This document shows, piece after piece, positions 25,824 to 40,800 of a stretch of 64,000 nucleotides of DNA (position 1 is its first letter; every line of letters begins with the position of its first letter). Where the stretch lies: assembly GCF_963676685.1 (NCBI RefSeq), contig NC_092346.1, forward strand, positions 96,224,001-96,288,000, given 5' to 3'. A program made the position numbers and the translations under genes. The DNA is from Mytilus edulis (taxonomy: Eukaryota). The notes below the pieces were generated by a model, which did no database searches, was not told the DNA's origin, and was given only the letters and a program-made list of their open reading frames with translations.

Positions 25824-28800
25824 TTAAACACGGACATGAATTAAGAAGTCCCATGATTCCCTCCACATTAAGTCTGTAATCTGCTGAGGTGTTAAATCAG
25901 TACCTCCATAAGTGAAAACTGATAATTTATAAAAACTATAAATAGTGCATAAAATAATGCCTACTGTCACATATTTAACTGTTGATGGCAGTACAGGAAA
26001 TCTGCAAAGAAAAAAAAAGAAAGTAAATAAATATATAGTTTTATGAATACATCCACCATGACTAGAATTGAATATCTTTATAAATTAAACTAATTCTTAT
26101 ATTGTTGTTTTTAAGTTATATCATTGTTTATTTCTTTTCTATTTGAGAAAATATTTCAATCTCATTATAAGATTGATTAATTGATTGGTGTTTCAAGCTT
26201 CTAAAAATTAAAGATTAAAGTTCTACCAATGTTTTAGCTTTTTATGTCATAAAGGTGTAATACCACCAAATCATGGTACGTCACATCCTATTGTATACGA
26301 AAATAGGTCAACAAAAATATTCCCTTGAATTAGACAGTTGTAGGTAATTAATCCTACATTTTATTGCAGTAAAAGATTTCTGTGTCATAAACATATGTCT
26401 TGGGTACTTCAAAGCACCATTATTTTTTTATTTGGGATTTCTATAGAATATTTTGTAATCTAGAGGTTACATGATGACTAAACCTTGTACACAGATACAA
26501 TAAGAGGAGAAATTTGATTGGTTAACTTCCAGTGATGGTTATTTTCTTATATGCAATGAAATGTTATGTGAATTTTTTTCTATAGTACTGGACAGGATAA
26601 AACTTTACTCATGCCAAGTATTTCTTTATTTGAACACTTCTACAGATTTTTTGGAAAAGTGCAAATTTAACAAAGACTAATAGGGGGAAATCAATGGTGG
26701 TATTACTCCTAAAGATCACTAAGGGGAGATAACTATATAAATATGTAGACTAATCTATGTGAAACAATATATAAATGATCTTATAATGCTGTTGCTGCTA
26801 AGATCATAAAGATCACTAAGGGGAGATAACTATACACCTATGTAAACTAACCTATGTGAAACAACATATAAATGATCGATTAATGCTGTTGCTGCTAAGA
26901 TCATAAAGATCACTAAGGGGAGATAACTATACACCTATGTAAACTAACCTATGTGAAACAACATATACATGATCTTATAATGCTGTTGCTGCTAAGATCA
27001 TAAAGATCACTAAGGGGAGATAACTATGTAAACTAACCTATGTGAAACAACATATAAATGATCTTATAATGCTGTTGCTGCTAAGATCATAAAGATTACT
27101 AAGGGGAGATAACTATACAACTATGTAAACTAACCTATGTGAAACAACATATAAATGATCGATTAATGATCATAAAGATCACTAAGGGGAGATAACTATA
27201 CAACTATGTAAACTAACCTATGTGAAACAACATATAAATGATCGATTAATGATCATAAAGATCACTAAGGGGAGATAACTATACAACTATGTAAACTAAC
27301 CTATGTGAAAAAACATATAAATGATCGATTAATGCTGTTGCTGCTAAGATCATTATTATTACTAAGGGGAGGTAACTATATAACTATGTAAACTAACCTA
27401 TGTGAAACAACATATAAATGATCGAGTAATGCTGTTACTGCTAAGATCATAAAGATCACTAAGGGGAGATAACTATGTAAACTAATCTATGTGAAACAAC
27501 ATATAAATGATCGATTAATGCTGTTGCTGCTAAGATCTTAAAGATCACTAAGGGGAGACAACTATATAACTATGTAAACTAACCTATGTGAAACAACATA
27601 TAAATGATCTTATAATGCTGTTGCTGCTAAGATCATAAAGATTACTAAGGGGAGATAACTATGTAAACTAACCTATGTGAAACAACATATAAATGATCGA
27701 GTAATGCTGTTGCTGCTAAAATCTTAAAGATCACTAAGGGGAGATACCTATATAAATATGTAAACTAACCTATGTGAAACAACATATAAATGATCTTATA
27801 ATGCTGTTGCTGCTAAGATCATAAAGATTACTAAGGGGAGATAACTATGTAAACTAAACTATGTGAAACAACATCTAAATGATCTATTAATGCTGTTGCT
27901 GCTAAGATCTTAAAGATCACTAAGGGGAGATAACTATATAACTATGTAAACTAACCTATGTGAAACAACATATAAATGATCGATTAATGCTGTTGCTGCT
28001 TAGATCATAAAGATTACTAAGGGGAGGTAACTATATAACTATGTAAACTCACCTATGTGAAACAACATATAAGTGATCTATTAATGCTGTTGCTGCTAAG
28101 ATCTTAAAGATCACACAGGGGAGATAGCTATGTAAAAACAATGTACTGTCAGTCAGAAAGAAAGGAAGATAATGCAGGAAATATCCACCAATCAGAAGTT
28201 CTGCTATGAATACAAAATGATTCCATTCACCTGAAACAAAGTACATCAATCACCAGATTTTTTTTTATATCAGATTCTTAATGTGTAAAATGTAAAGTTT
28301 TCTTGTCAAAATTATTCATTTATTGAATATACATTATTGTACTTGTTTTATTTGTATGGCTTTGTTGTCTGCATACTACATAATATAATATAGTTTAACC
28401 AACATTAACAGAACAATACTTTACAATTAAAGCCTATTTACGAGGTTGATACAAGGATGTATTGACCTGAAAGATGCATATCGACTATTGTCAGTACACA
28501 TGAAATATAGATCCAATTCTTCAAAATGGTTGTTATGATTGTGTCACAAACTACTGAGGTTGTTCGATTTCTCTTATTTTTTTTTTTTATTTTTTTTTTA
28601 GATATTTCATTAAAAATAAGTATGTAATATCACTTTTCTATCTGCTGTTTTCAGTCTACCTATATAAGCACAGCTGATAATGTGACTCTTGCTGAACAAA
28701 TCAAATTAGTTATTTGGATGGTGGCACTCACACCACATCTTCCTATATCTAGTTAGATAATAAAAATTAATTATATTTCAGTATATCTTCTTGTGTTTTC

Positions 28801-31800
28801 TCAGTGCTGAGGACATAGTGTGAAATTGATATAATGTGATATTAAGGATTACAAATGTGTTGACTTTTTTGATAACAACATAGAGATGTCAGCATATATT
28901 CAGGAAACTGCAGTGGTACATACTATGTTTTTATACCACAAATGGAACATCAACAATGTTATCATACCAATTGTTACTTAGTTGCAGTTTTAGCTAAAGA
29001 GGTTCACAGAGGGAAAATAATGATGTGTATCCGTCAATAATACCTTTTTAATCTAAAATCACACGATTTTCACATCAAATACTAAATTAGTGTCTTAAAG
29101 TGTTAGTACAAATTTTTGCATACACATTAGAATTATTTACACAGCAAATTAAAAAATCCTTCACATATGCATAACATATATATATAAACCACATTTTGAT
29201 TGTTTAACAAATATCTGGTACTGGAAAAAACATTAATTTAGAGGTAATTCATATTAAATGTGTAATTCAGGTTTCAGACAAGGTATATAATGTGACATTC
29301 CCTGCTTATTGTTTATATCATCTTCCCCTTCGGCTCAGAGAATATAAGCAATAAATTTCACATTATACAGTATGCCCAGAGAGTTTGTAATCGCGAACTT
29401 TTATCACCGATTTCCGAGTGTAGCGGTGTGACACCGCGAATCACGGATTCTACTCCCAATTTCCTCCAAAGATTCTCTCCCAACACCGCGTGGCTGTTAA
29501 TTGGTTTATTGCCCATCGGATGAACTGAAAATTAATGACGCGTGACAACATAATCGGATTAGCCAGATTTATTACCTTTGTACATTTAATCGATCTTGAT
29601 TGCACCTGTGTGCTTTAAAATACGTTATTTAAATGTCCATTCATTGTCAGATAAAAGTGTGACATTTTTATTTAAAATAAGATAATTATTCTTGTATGTA
29701 TATGCCCATGTCATTGTCATATTAAATAAAACGTAAAAACGTATAAAAATACGAATAAAACACTTATTTAGTATTTTCATTATAGTCCGATCAGGTCATA
29801 ATTTTGTTTTTTCAACAAAGTTTCAACAAAGATGATTTTACCACAATTAGAACCTTTTATGACCTACTCAGTGAATATCCGGTTTATTAATAGTTCAATA
29901 TTATATAATTAATATCAACTGGCTTAAAACAAAATGATGTTTTTACGGTAATTTGTCCAATCTAAATCAAACCCTAGAGTTAATTTATCGGACCAACAAG
30001 TGAACTCTGTTACTTTCAATTTATTTTGAAATGTAAAATATTATGTTTCACTACCTCGGTAGATTACCGACTTGAAATATTTGAATTTAAAAAAGAAACT
30101 GTAAAGTGACAAATAGTTTCGTATGCAATGTGGCAGCCCTATATTACTAAATACTGAGATAATTCCCCGCCCAGACACAACACAATCATCACAACCTTAT
30201 TTAATTATATGAAGAAATAAAATCATGTGTTTTTTATCTGTTATGATCTGTTATTGATCTTTTATTATTTAAAATAAAATTGGATTGGCGCAATCCGTAT
30301 TTTACTGCTCGTTAAAAGTCCTCGGCGAAATATAAAAAGAAGTATTTCAACAATTTATACTATAGAATATTAAAATGAAATTATATCGTACAAGAAAGAA
30401 ATATGTAAAAAAAATGTGGATCGGATTTTTACGATCGACACATTTTCACAGAGGATCTCTACCAACGCCCATCAGGAACTGAACGACATGCATCCTGTTT
30501 TCATCTACCATTAATGTATAGTGTTGACTAATAAATAATGTCCAGGTTTATGTCCTCTGTTGACTGAGAAACGTATAAATAAAAGGCTGATGTTCGTTTA
30601 TTCAGAAAAGGAATAAAATTTAGAATCCGGTTAATCAATTGTAAAAGGACCTTCTAGAGCCTCAATCTTAACGCACACAAATGTCAATCATTACATGAAT
30701 TTTCCCACGGTTATCCAGAAAGGTCACCTGAGTTTACTGTTACATGATACTATTTCCCGCCAAATAAAAATCTCGTGGACAAAATTGATGTCACTATTTT
30801 TAGCATTCAATATTGTGAGCGAAGTCAAGTTCAAGTTCAATCACGCACTGTTGATCACTGAGATGCGTGTCGTCTTCCCACGGCAATTAATTGTTTTAAA
30901 AATATTTAAAGATAACTGTTCTAAATACAACACAAAGGTTTACATTCATTGTGCGTAAATGAATATTATGCAACGACGAGTTGATGCAGCTATAGAAGTA
31001 TTCCTGTTGTAGCCGAAATGTATTATATCCTAAAGTAATGCTAATCGTGAAGAGAAAATGCCGTAGACTTATTAAGCATAACGAATGGTGAATAGTATTT
31101 TCTTTTTTACTTGCATATACACATTTTATACCTTCAGCGTTAGTTTCCGTTTATTTTCACGCAAGTATGTCTCTTTTCGTAAGTTATATCAATTACCGAT
31201 AAATAAAAAACGAGGTCATAATCAAGTATAGATTTTTTTTATAAAACTTTAATGCAATTGAAAGCATTAACAACAACGTTTTGGATTTTAAAACTTTTAT
31301 TTTGTAATCGTAAAATGGAAATGGCGTAGAATTATTAGCATAACAGATAAGGAATAATATTTTCTTTTTTACTTGTAGTATAAAAAACTTTGAGACGTGT
31401 AATTTTTCTTTAAACTGCCCTCATTTATTCAGCGTTAGTCTCCGTTTATTGGTGCACAATTATATCTCTTTTAGTGAATTAAATATTTATTTACTGATAA
31501 AAAAACGGAAGTCAAAATCAAATATAGTTGTTTAAAAACTTGATTAAAATGTACAGAGTAATTGAAAGAATTAACAACAACGTTTTGCTTTTTATTTTAA
31601 TCTTTCATTTGTTTCAAGCAATCAGATATAACCTGATAATCAATAGACAGGAAATACAATTGTTTAATTACATTAGAAATCTCACATACCTTGACTGTCG
31701 CGTGCCGGCATAGATCAGACAGATTAGGGCAATTAATTACCTGGTGTCACACCGCGTCACACCAGACTGGGAGAGATGTCGCTAATACAATAAACAAAAG

Positions 31801-34800
31801 GTAGCGGATTTACGCGGAAGTCGGAGGGAATACTCCCAAATTTCTCCGAGAATTTTGGGAGGGATGTCGGAGTTTCCTGGTGTTACACCAGGAAAAATAT
31901 CGGAGTATGGAGTTTGGGATTACAAACTCCTTGGGCGTACTGTATAACCTGTCTGAGACCAGAATAAAATATTTCATTTAAATTTTTTTAAAGAGAATAT
32001 TTAACTAATGATCATACAGGAATTAAATGAATAGTGCAATTCAAATCTTTGAAATAGAAAAAACAAGTGAGACATTTCATTTCAGAGTTTATTTGGGTTA
32101 TATGAAGAAAAATATTCTTAAATAACTGATTGAAAAAGCAAAACTGTACTGTTAGTGTATTTTGGTAATATTTTAGGATACAGATTTGAGGGATATATAC
32201 TTCTTTCAACAGATCAAGATTTTCAATATCTACAATATGTATATGTACCTGTTGTGAGATCAAACCAGCCTCTTCGTCGTCTCAGTAAATAAAATACTAA
32301 CAATGCTGAGTAACCGAAAACAGAAAGTGTCCCTAGGTACCAGATAACTGGGTTACCCAGCAAATGTATCTGTGCCTGAGAATGTAAATATATGACAAAC
32401 ACCAATGATAAAAGAATCTAAAGAGAAATTGTGTTTATTTTCTAACAAATTTAAAAAGAGGTTATGTGTTATCAATTCAGGGATCGGATCGTCCAATAAG
32501 CTACATAAACATCCATTCTAGCAATTTATCAATACTAAAGACTTGCATAAATATTATTAAGGCTCATCCGAAAAGTCACATTTTTATCCATAAACAGCCA
32601 TTCTACATTGGCTAGAGGTATAGGGGGAGGGTTGAGATATCAAAAACATGTTTAACCCCACTGCATTTTTACGCTTGTCCCAAGTCAGGAGCCTCTGCCC
32701 TTTGTTAGTCTTGTATGATTTTTAATTTTAGTTTCTTGTGTATAATTCAGAGTTTATTATGATGTCCATTATCACTTAACTAGTATACATATTTGTTAAG
32801 GGGCAGGCTGAAGGACTCCTCTGGGTGAAGGAGTTTCTCGCTGCATTGAAGACCCATTGGTGGCCTTCAGCTATTGTCTGCTCTATGGTTGGGTTGTTGT
32901 CTCTTTGACACATTCCCCATTTCCATTCTCAATTTTATTCTATTGGTTAGTACTATAGACTTACATTACTATTAGGGCTCATCCAATAAGCCACATTTTT
33001 ATCCATAAATGGCCATTCTATTGGTTCAGTGCTGTATTTATGTTCCATTTCTTCAGCTTTTCCCATCAACATCTTCAGCTGAAGTTCTGTAAACTTGGTC
33101 CAGAATGATAGATGTGTGGGTTCAAGAGGAATCATTTCACTTTGTGCTATCTCTCGAGCCTGTTGGTCCTTTTCAACACCTAATAAATAAAGGAACAATG
33201 TTTTAGTGTAGAGAAAGCAGTAAGAGACACATATTATAAAATCAAGAGAGAACATAAAATCACAGAGGAAATTATTGCAGACCAAGCTTTCTGAATAACT
33301 GTGGATTCATTTTTTTTTTCGTTAGTTCCAATTTTTGTGAAATATATAGAAAACTTGCATGTTAGTGGATATTTGATTTTGTGGTTTTGCGTAAGTCTGC
33401 ATACAAGCCTATAGAAAATTTGTTATTTGTTGAACATTTACTTTTGTGGTTCACTTGTTCCCAAAAAGAAGATAAGATAAGTTAAGATATGTTTTATTAC
33501 AAATTAAGGGCCCATAAGGGAGTAATAATGAATCCACAGTAACAGATTTCCTAAAAATCATTCTTACTTTTTGTAAATCTATGCTCTTCCACATTCCACA
33601 CTGTAGCTTCCTGATTGATGATTCTATCTGTTGATATTTCCAGCTGATGAAATCCCCATTCAGGTAGTTGCTTACCAGTACTCTAAAAAGAAAAGAAATT
33701 ATAGTAACGCTACCAACTATTTTTTATTTAGATAACAAGTAAACCCTAATTTTAAACAGACATAAGGATATAGGGATCCAAAGGACTATCTGAATAAAGC
33801 AAATCATAAGAAACATGGTAGTCAGATGAACAAGAGATTGACTTGTACAAACTAATAATAATCAAATTACAGACTCAAAATACAACACAGAAACTACACA
33901 GTTCTAGTAAGGATTTTAAGGTTTCATCATACCATATAGGTAAGAGAAACTTTTGTATGAACATAAATTACCTTTATTTAATGCAAGTGTAATTTTACCA
34001 TTAATTTTTATGAAATGCTAGTATGTACCAATCTGCCTACGTTTTATGTATAACTAACTTTACCTTAAGTGCCTGTGAAGTGTTAACATGGACCAGTCTA
34101 ATATGACTTTTAATTGTCTGCCATTTATGGCCATCAGTATCACGGTTTATTACTTCCTGAAAATAATAATGATATGCATTATCTGACTGTAATGTTTCTG
34201 ACAATTGAAGTAAATTGTACAAATCTGCTTTATTCTTGTGGCCAGTATGATTAATTGTAAAATTTTCTTTATAACAAATTTTAATTCAACAGCCAAAAAG
34301 ACACAAAGCTTTTTGTAAGGTTTTTATTACCAGTTAGATGTGACCATATTTCTTTGCCCCAGTCACTCTTTGAAACATTATTCAATATCCACATGAAATA
34401 TAATGTCACAAAGATTACCATAAAATGTTTGTTTTCAGTATAAAAGTTCTGAATACTAATATTTTCTAATATAAACATATTTACATTTAAATAACTTATC
34501 CATTTCCCTACATGAATCAACAAAGTTATTTACAAAAAACGATTTGAGAGATTCTGACAAAATTTTTATATAATTCAAAATATGAACTTACCACTCTCCA
34601 TAAATTCTGTGCAGGCATTGTAACATTGTAATCTATGTAACAAGTTACTTCCTGGTTCTGTGGTGTAATAGGGGCTGCCACGTCATGGCTAAAAATAGAA
34701 ACATTGTAATCTATGTAACAATTTACTTCAGGGAACTGTAGTTATAGAGCTGCCACAGCAAGGCTAACAAAAAAACATTGATATCTATGCAACAAATTGA

Positions 34801-37800
34801 TTTTTAGTTTTGATGGAATGCCACATCTAGGCCTAAAAAGTAACACTGTTATCTATGTAATAAGCTTATGAATTGTTGCTAGTGTGTGATAGGAACTCTC
34901 CACATCTAGATAACTAGAGGTTTAAGGTGCCTGTGTTGCTCACCTGCATAGTCAACAATGGCCTTAATTTTATTACAAGTTAACTGAAGATTTTGGCTAT
35001 TATGGATTACTTGTGGATCTTGTCTTGCTGATCACTTGTGCTATATTTAAAGTTTCTATCTAGCAATTACGATTTTCAAGATAAAAGGCAAAAATTAAAA
35101 AAGAATATCTGTTAAAGGCAATAACTCCTGTAGTTTTGATGTAAATGAACAATAGGTAGAGCTCATCATTCTAAATATTTTTGCCCCGTCAGATTTTCTC
35201 TATTGATAGAAGCTTTCAAAAAAATAGGCAACACTTGCATTTTACCCCTAAGTTCTATTTTTAGCCATGTCAGCCATCTTTGTTTGCCGGTAGGTTCATT
35301 AGACACTAAATACCCCAATGATTATTGTGGCCAAGATTGGTTAAAGTAAGCCCAGTATTTTCAGAGAAGAAGATTTTTATGAATGTTTACAGATGACAAC
35401 AGACAACCATGTTTTTTTCTTCAGAAAACTTATACACAAATTTAACTGCCAACAACATGTTACTTTTGCTCAAACCACTATACCCACAATTAACAGTATT
35501 TTTTACAGTATCATCAAGATTTTACAAAAAAAATACATTTAAAGTCATTTTTAAGGGTCATAACTCAAGAACTGTAAATGAAGAAGAACAAAAGACAGCT
35601 AGCAATGTTTATAGCTGACATGAAGAGTTATCTTGTTCATTTATTAAAAGACGTTTCTCAGTCCATATTGCTTAATTTCTTTTAACAAATTGCCAGATTA
35701 AATGACATAAAGTTGTGTAACTGACCTATTGAGAGCTCTGCTAGTTATACCATGAACCAATTGTATCAGGTCTCCATGTTCTATAGGCTTTGGGGGGTCA
35801 TCCACCACCATGGAATCACTGAAATACAATATTTTCTCTGTGAACTGACTATACTATTTTACTATTTTAGAGATGGACAAAATGTATTAAAAAAAAAATT
35901 TCATGATTGTCTACTAGATAACATCTGAAGATCGGTAAAGTTATCATAAACATTCTATAATCATCAGATAATATCTGTACACTTGTTATATAATAGGTTT
36001 TCTGAGTTCATTTTAAACAGACATGACATGATAAAGAAATGATTTATATAATGTTATATAAAATAGCTCTGAAGAACTGCTTAGAAGAGTCTGATTGGCT
36101 ACATATTTCTGAACAACAGCTTAGAAGTGTCTGTTTGGCATGCTGTAAAACATTTTTTTCAACTCTGCAATTTCAGTTTAAAGTGCCTCTACCATATCAG
36201 GTTAGGACAAGGATTGTTTGAAGATATTTACCTGAGAAGTATCCAGTACTATATGACATGGAATTTTTATTATCTAGTTTGAATGAAGCAGTTAGTAAAT
36301 AATCTCCACACTATACAATAAGTTTACCTGTCTGGATGTTTAACTATCCACCAGTTATTGATGTCTTTAAATACATAACATGTGACCTGTTGTTGGTGAC
36401 TACTTCCACGTCCATCTGAGTAACGTAAAGGATAAACGTGGGCGTGGGAATGTAACCAGCATGGCTTTCCTCCTGTATGGTAGGTGGGACGTAAGGTGAT
36501 CTGAGATCCAAAGGATACATGTAATGGCTGTCCTTTTGTTAAAGCTGCTAATCCACCCTGACAATAAAACAAATATATATATATTGTCAAACCTGTACAT
36601 AATAGAAAAGAAACATTTATTGTCCATATTATAAAGGTCTTTATAACAAGTTTCAGACATATTTACAATGTCTTTAATCAGTAGTGAACTGATGGTAATA
36701 TATATTGGGGACATTGGTGATATTCTGTATAAAAGACATATGCTAAATTTATGCCTTCTTCAGAGAAAGAAACTGGGACCTAGTTGCAATATTTACATTG
36801 AGAAATTCTGTGTACCATGTGTACGGTCATACAAGCTGGATGGCAATAATACAAAATAATGACATTCTCTGTTACCTGTTTTAACATGTGTTCTATGACA
36901 TTCATTATAATGATAAAAGTTGCTTACTATATCAATCACAAAGTTTGTTCAAAAGGACCAGTATGACTGGTCCAATGCTTTAAATTATTTCAGTATTGGT
37001 TATTTACCTCAATTTGAAGGATTTTGATTATATAAATATAAATATGTAGAGATAAATGGAAATCTAGGCCTGGTACATACATCTTATATTTTTTTCTCTC
37101 TCTTTTTTTTTTAATTTAATATAATTTTGTTGATTTGTAATTCAGAAGCCATATAATTTGGATAAGGTTTTCTTTCTCATTAGTAACTTTAATCATATAA
37201 CTAATTTCAATAGTCTTAATCAAATGCATATTACATACTGTATAATCAGAAACTTTGGTGTTCAAAAATCATTGCAAGACTGAAAATGTGATATTTTACT
37301 TTTGGAAAACCATACAATTGCCATTATTCTTTCAGAGTAACAATAAACATCAGATAATGTAATTGTTTATGTTTCTGAGCTTTATAAAGCAAAATTTTAT
37401 GTATTAGCAACATAAAAATTTATTTTAATATTTTAGAAAATGACATCTGTTAACCATACAACATACCTCTAAACTAGCTTGAAATGCACTGGTCATTATA
37501 TAATCTTAAGTCCATACAACATAACTCTAAACTAGCTTGAAAGGCACTGGTCATTATATAATCTTACGTCCATACAACATACCTCGAAACTAGCTTGAAA
37601 GGCACTGGTCATTTTATAATCTTAAGTCCATACAACATCCCTCTAAACTAGCTTGAAAGGCACTGGTCATTATATAATCTTACGTCCATACAACATACCT
37701 CTAAACTAGCTTGAAATGCACTGGTCATTATATAATCTTAAGTCCATACAACATACCTCTAAACTAGCTTGAAAGGCACTGGTCATTATATAATCTTAAG

Positions 37801-40800
37801 TCCATACAACATACCTCTAAACTAGCTTGAAATGCACTGGTCATTATATAATCTTAAGTCCATACAACATACCTCGAAACTAGCTTGAAAGGCACTGGTC
37901 ATTATATAATCTTAAGTCCATACAACATACCTCTAAACTAGCTTGAAATGCACTGGTCATTATATTGTCATGAGGTCCAGCTTTGATCAAGATACTCAAA
38001 TGAATATAAAACATGAGAATATAGAAAGTAACAGGAACTCCAATCAGGAAGGTCAGTCTAGCAATAAGGTGCTTTATCAAATTAAACTGAAATATAAAAA
38101 TATTCTTAGTTTGAACAAAAATGCATACATAGTATTCATGTTATAAAGTAAGATTTGTTTAAGTTCATCCTTAAAAAACATCACAGAAACTCTGACGATC
38201 AATAGGTTGAATAGCACTCATTTTTTCAAACTCTGTAAATATGTCTACATTAAAGCTGATGTTGGTTTTTTTACAGTGTAAGATTTATTATTTTTGATTT
38301 TGTATTCCTTCACTTAGTATGTATTCATGATGGTGAAATATTCAAAACTTAAAATCATATTCAATTTTATATTATAAAGAAACTTGTGAAACTCTGAAGT
38401 AAATTTTACATTACACTATTTTAAACATCCAAACTATCCTAAGATTTGTAATTGTACTGCAACCATGCATATATATTTGTGTATATTAAATAAAATCTTC
38501 TGAAATCAGGGAACAAGTATTCCATGATCTCAGATGACACTTACATCAGATCTATAATTATCTGCCAACATAAACCAGAAATCTTTGGCAGACAATAATA
38601 ATACTACAATCGCTGTGAAAACTCCTACATACTTCACACTGAAAATAGAGAACAATTATATCAAAATAAATAATTGAAAACAAAACAAAATGAAAGTGTT
38701 GCCGACTGACAGAAGTGATCATCACATTTCATGTTGGCACAATTTTCCAAAACTTGTGTTTCCTTAAATTTTTTAAAATACACACTATTGACCTAACACA
38801 ATTTAAAGCTTGGCAAAGTGTATACACACTTGGCTACAATCTTTGTGGAAATATATTAATTTCATTTGAGCTCTGCGGGAGCGGAAGGGAGAGGCACTTC
38901 AATACTTAATTGATAGGAAGTGGCACTGGGGTTCTGTTACCCCACACTTTACATATAATTTAGGTTTTAAAAATGTATACCTTTCCATATATTCCATAGG
39001 TAAAAATTTAACCTTTTCCCATTTTGTTTGGGTTTCATGTGGTGTGTAACTCAAAAGTAGAATACATGTACTTAAGTTCCAAAAGTGAGAAAATTGGTTA
39101 ATAAAAACACAACCAGGAACACCAAGAAAGATGAACAACGAAGAAGTTATGGGAACCTAATTGACATTATCATATATTTGTGATAGTTTTCCTGACCAAT
39201 TCACACATTTTCAAGCTTGTGACCTATTCCAGAAGCACCTCCTATCACCTTGTATATAGGAAGCGTCCTCGGAGCATTTGAGTTCTAGAGATGATTTTTT
39301 TTTCTCTCACTAAGTGGCGCCTACCTTTTAATGTTATTTCACTGTATAATCCTGGCCTTCACATTATTGTTTTCTTCTTTTTCAGGAAAGAGGTAAAACA
39401 ATTCCACATACCATTTAGTGTTTACCAGACGTCTTTCACATAAACCGTGGATATATATTTCATTTGTCATATCCATATAAACCCTGCCCTCATTTTAGTG
39501 TGTATAAGTTATGGACAGAACCAACTTGTGTAGCAGGAATTCTGGTATTCACCGGTGTATGAATCTCATAGAAATGTACTGGTTTGTTGCACTTAACTTT
39601 CATAAGCGTTTGAAATATATTTTGAGTGTAAAGGTGTGCAGAACTTACCTTAGTGTGCAGGTAAATGAAATCCCTGTCAAAAACAACCAGAAAAACCAAG
39701 GCACTGAAAATTCTCTGAAAAAAATGAGGTATAAAAAGTTCATAATTCCTTTATTAACTATATAATATAAAGCATGATACCTACAAGCAGATAATTTTTG
39801 AAAATATACAGTGCGATTAAAAAAGCACAAATGTACAGTCTAAGTAAGAAAGTCATCCTATTGTCTGTGGTCTACTTCAACAAGATTTCATTTTAAACAA
39901 GTAAAAATGACAAAGAAGTGGGAAATTTAAAATAAAACTGTATCTCTATAAATTTTACTTTACACTACTTATCTAAGAAAATAGCACACAGTATATTAAA
40001 ACAATTGTTAGATTTGACCTCTACATTGACATTGATCTTACCACTTTACCATAGCACACAGTATATTAAAACAATTGATTGATTTGACCTCTACAATGAC
40101 ATTGATCTTATCACCTTACCTGTGTGTTAAACTCCTGAACTTGAGAAAACTGTAAATTGTTAGACACATGAAAAATAACAACATTCCTTCCATCAACATG
40201 AATCTGGACTGAACTAATAATGCATTGTCTGGAATTAGAATAGAATATTAATATATATTACACACACAAACTAGCAAATTATTTATCATATAAGCTGACT
40301 TCCAATCAATTGATAATAATTACATAACATGTATGTTCCCTTTAAATACGTTATTTGTTATTTGGATTAGCTAACAGCAATCCTCGTCATTCTGAAACAA
40401 ACCTTTGTTTCAAAATGAAATGTATCATTCATGATGATATGAGCTTGCACAATAAAGTACACAGATAAATAAAAGAAAATCTTGATAGAAATTGTGTTTC
40501 ATGATCCTAGCAAAAAAAAAATATTTTTAAGTATTAAATGTTTCTTTTAGAAATTTTAAAGGGTTGTAAAAGCCTTGATCATGCATACATTTTTAGAATG
40601 ATGTGCTTCCATGCTTCATACAAAATGTACTTCGGTCAACACTTTTACACCCAAATAAATTTACAATACAAAGTATAACATATGACAAATTGACATTCTC
40701 TACTACCTAGTAAAAAAAAGAAATAACTCTTACCTAATAAAACAAACATTCCTGCTAGCAATGCAGACCATCGGGACATTTTTAGTTCCACACAGATCTG

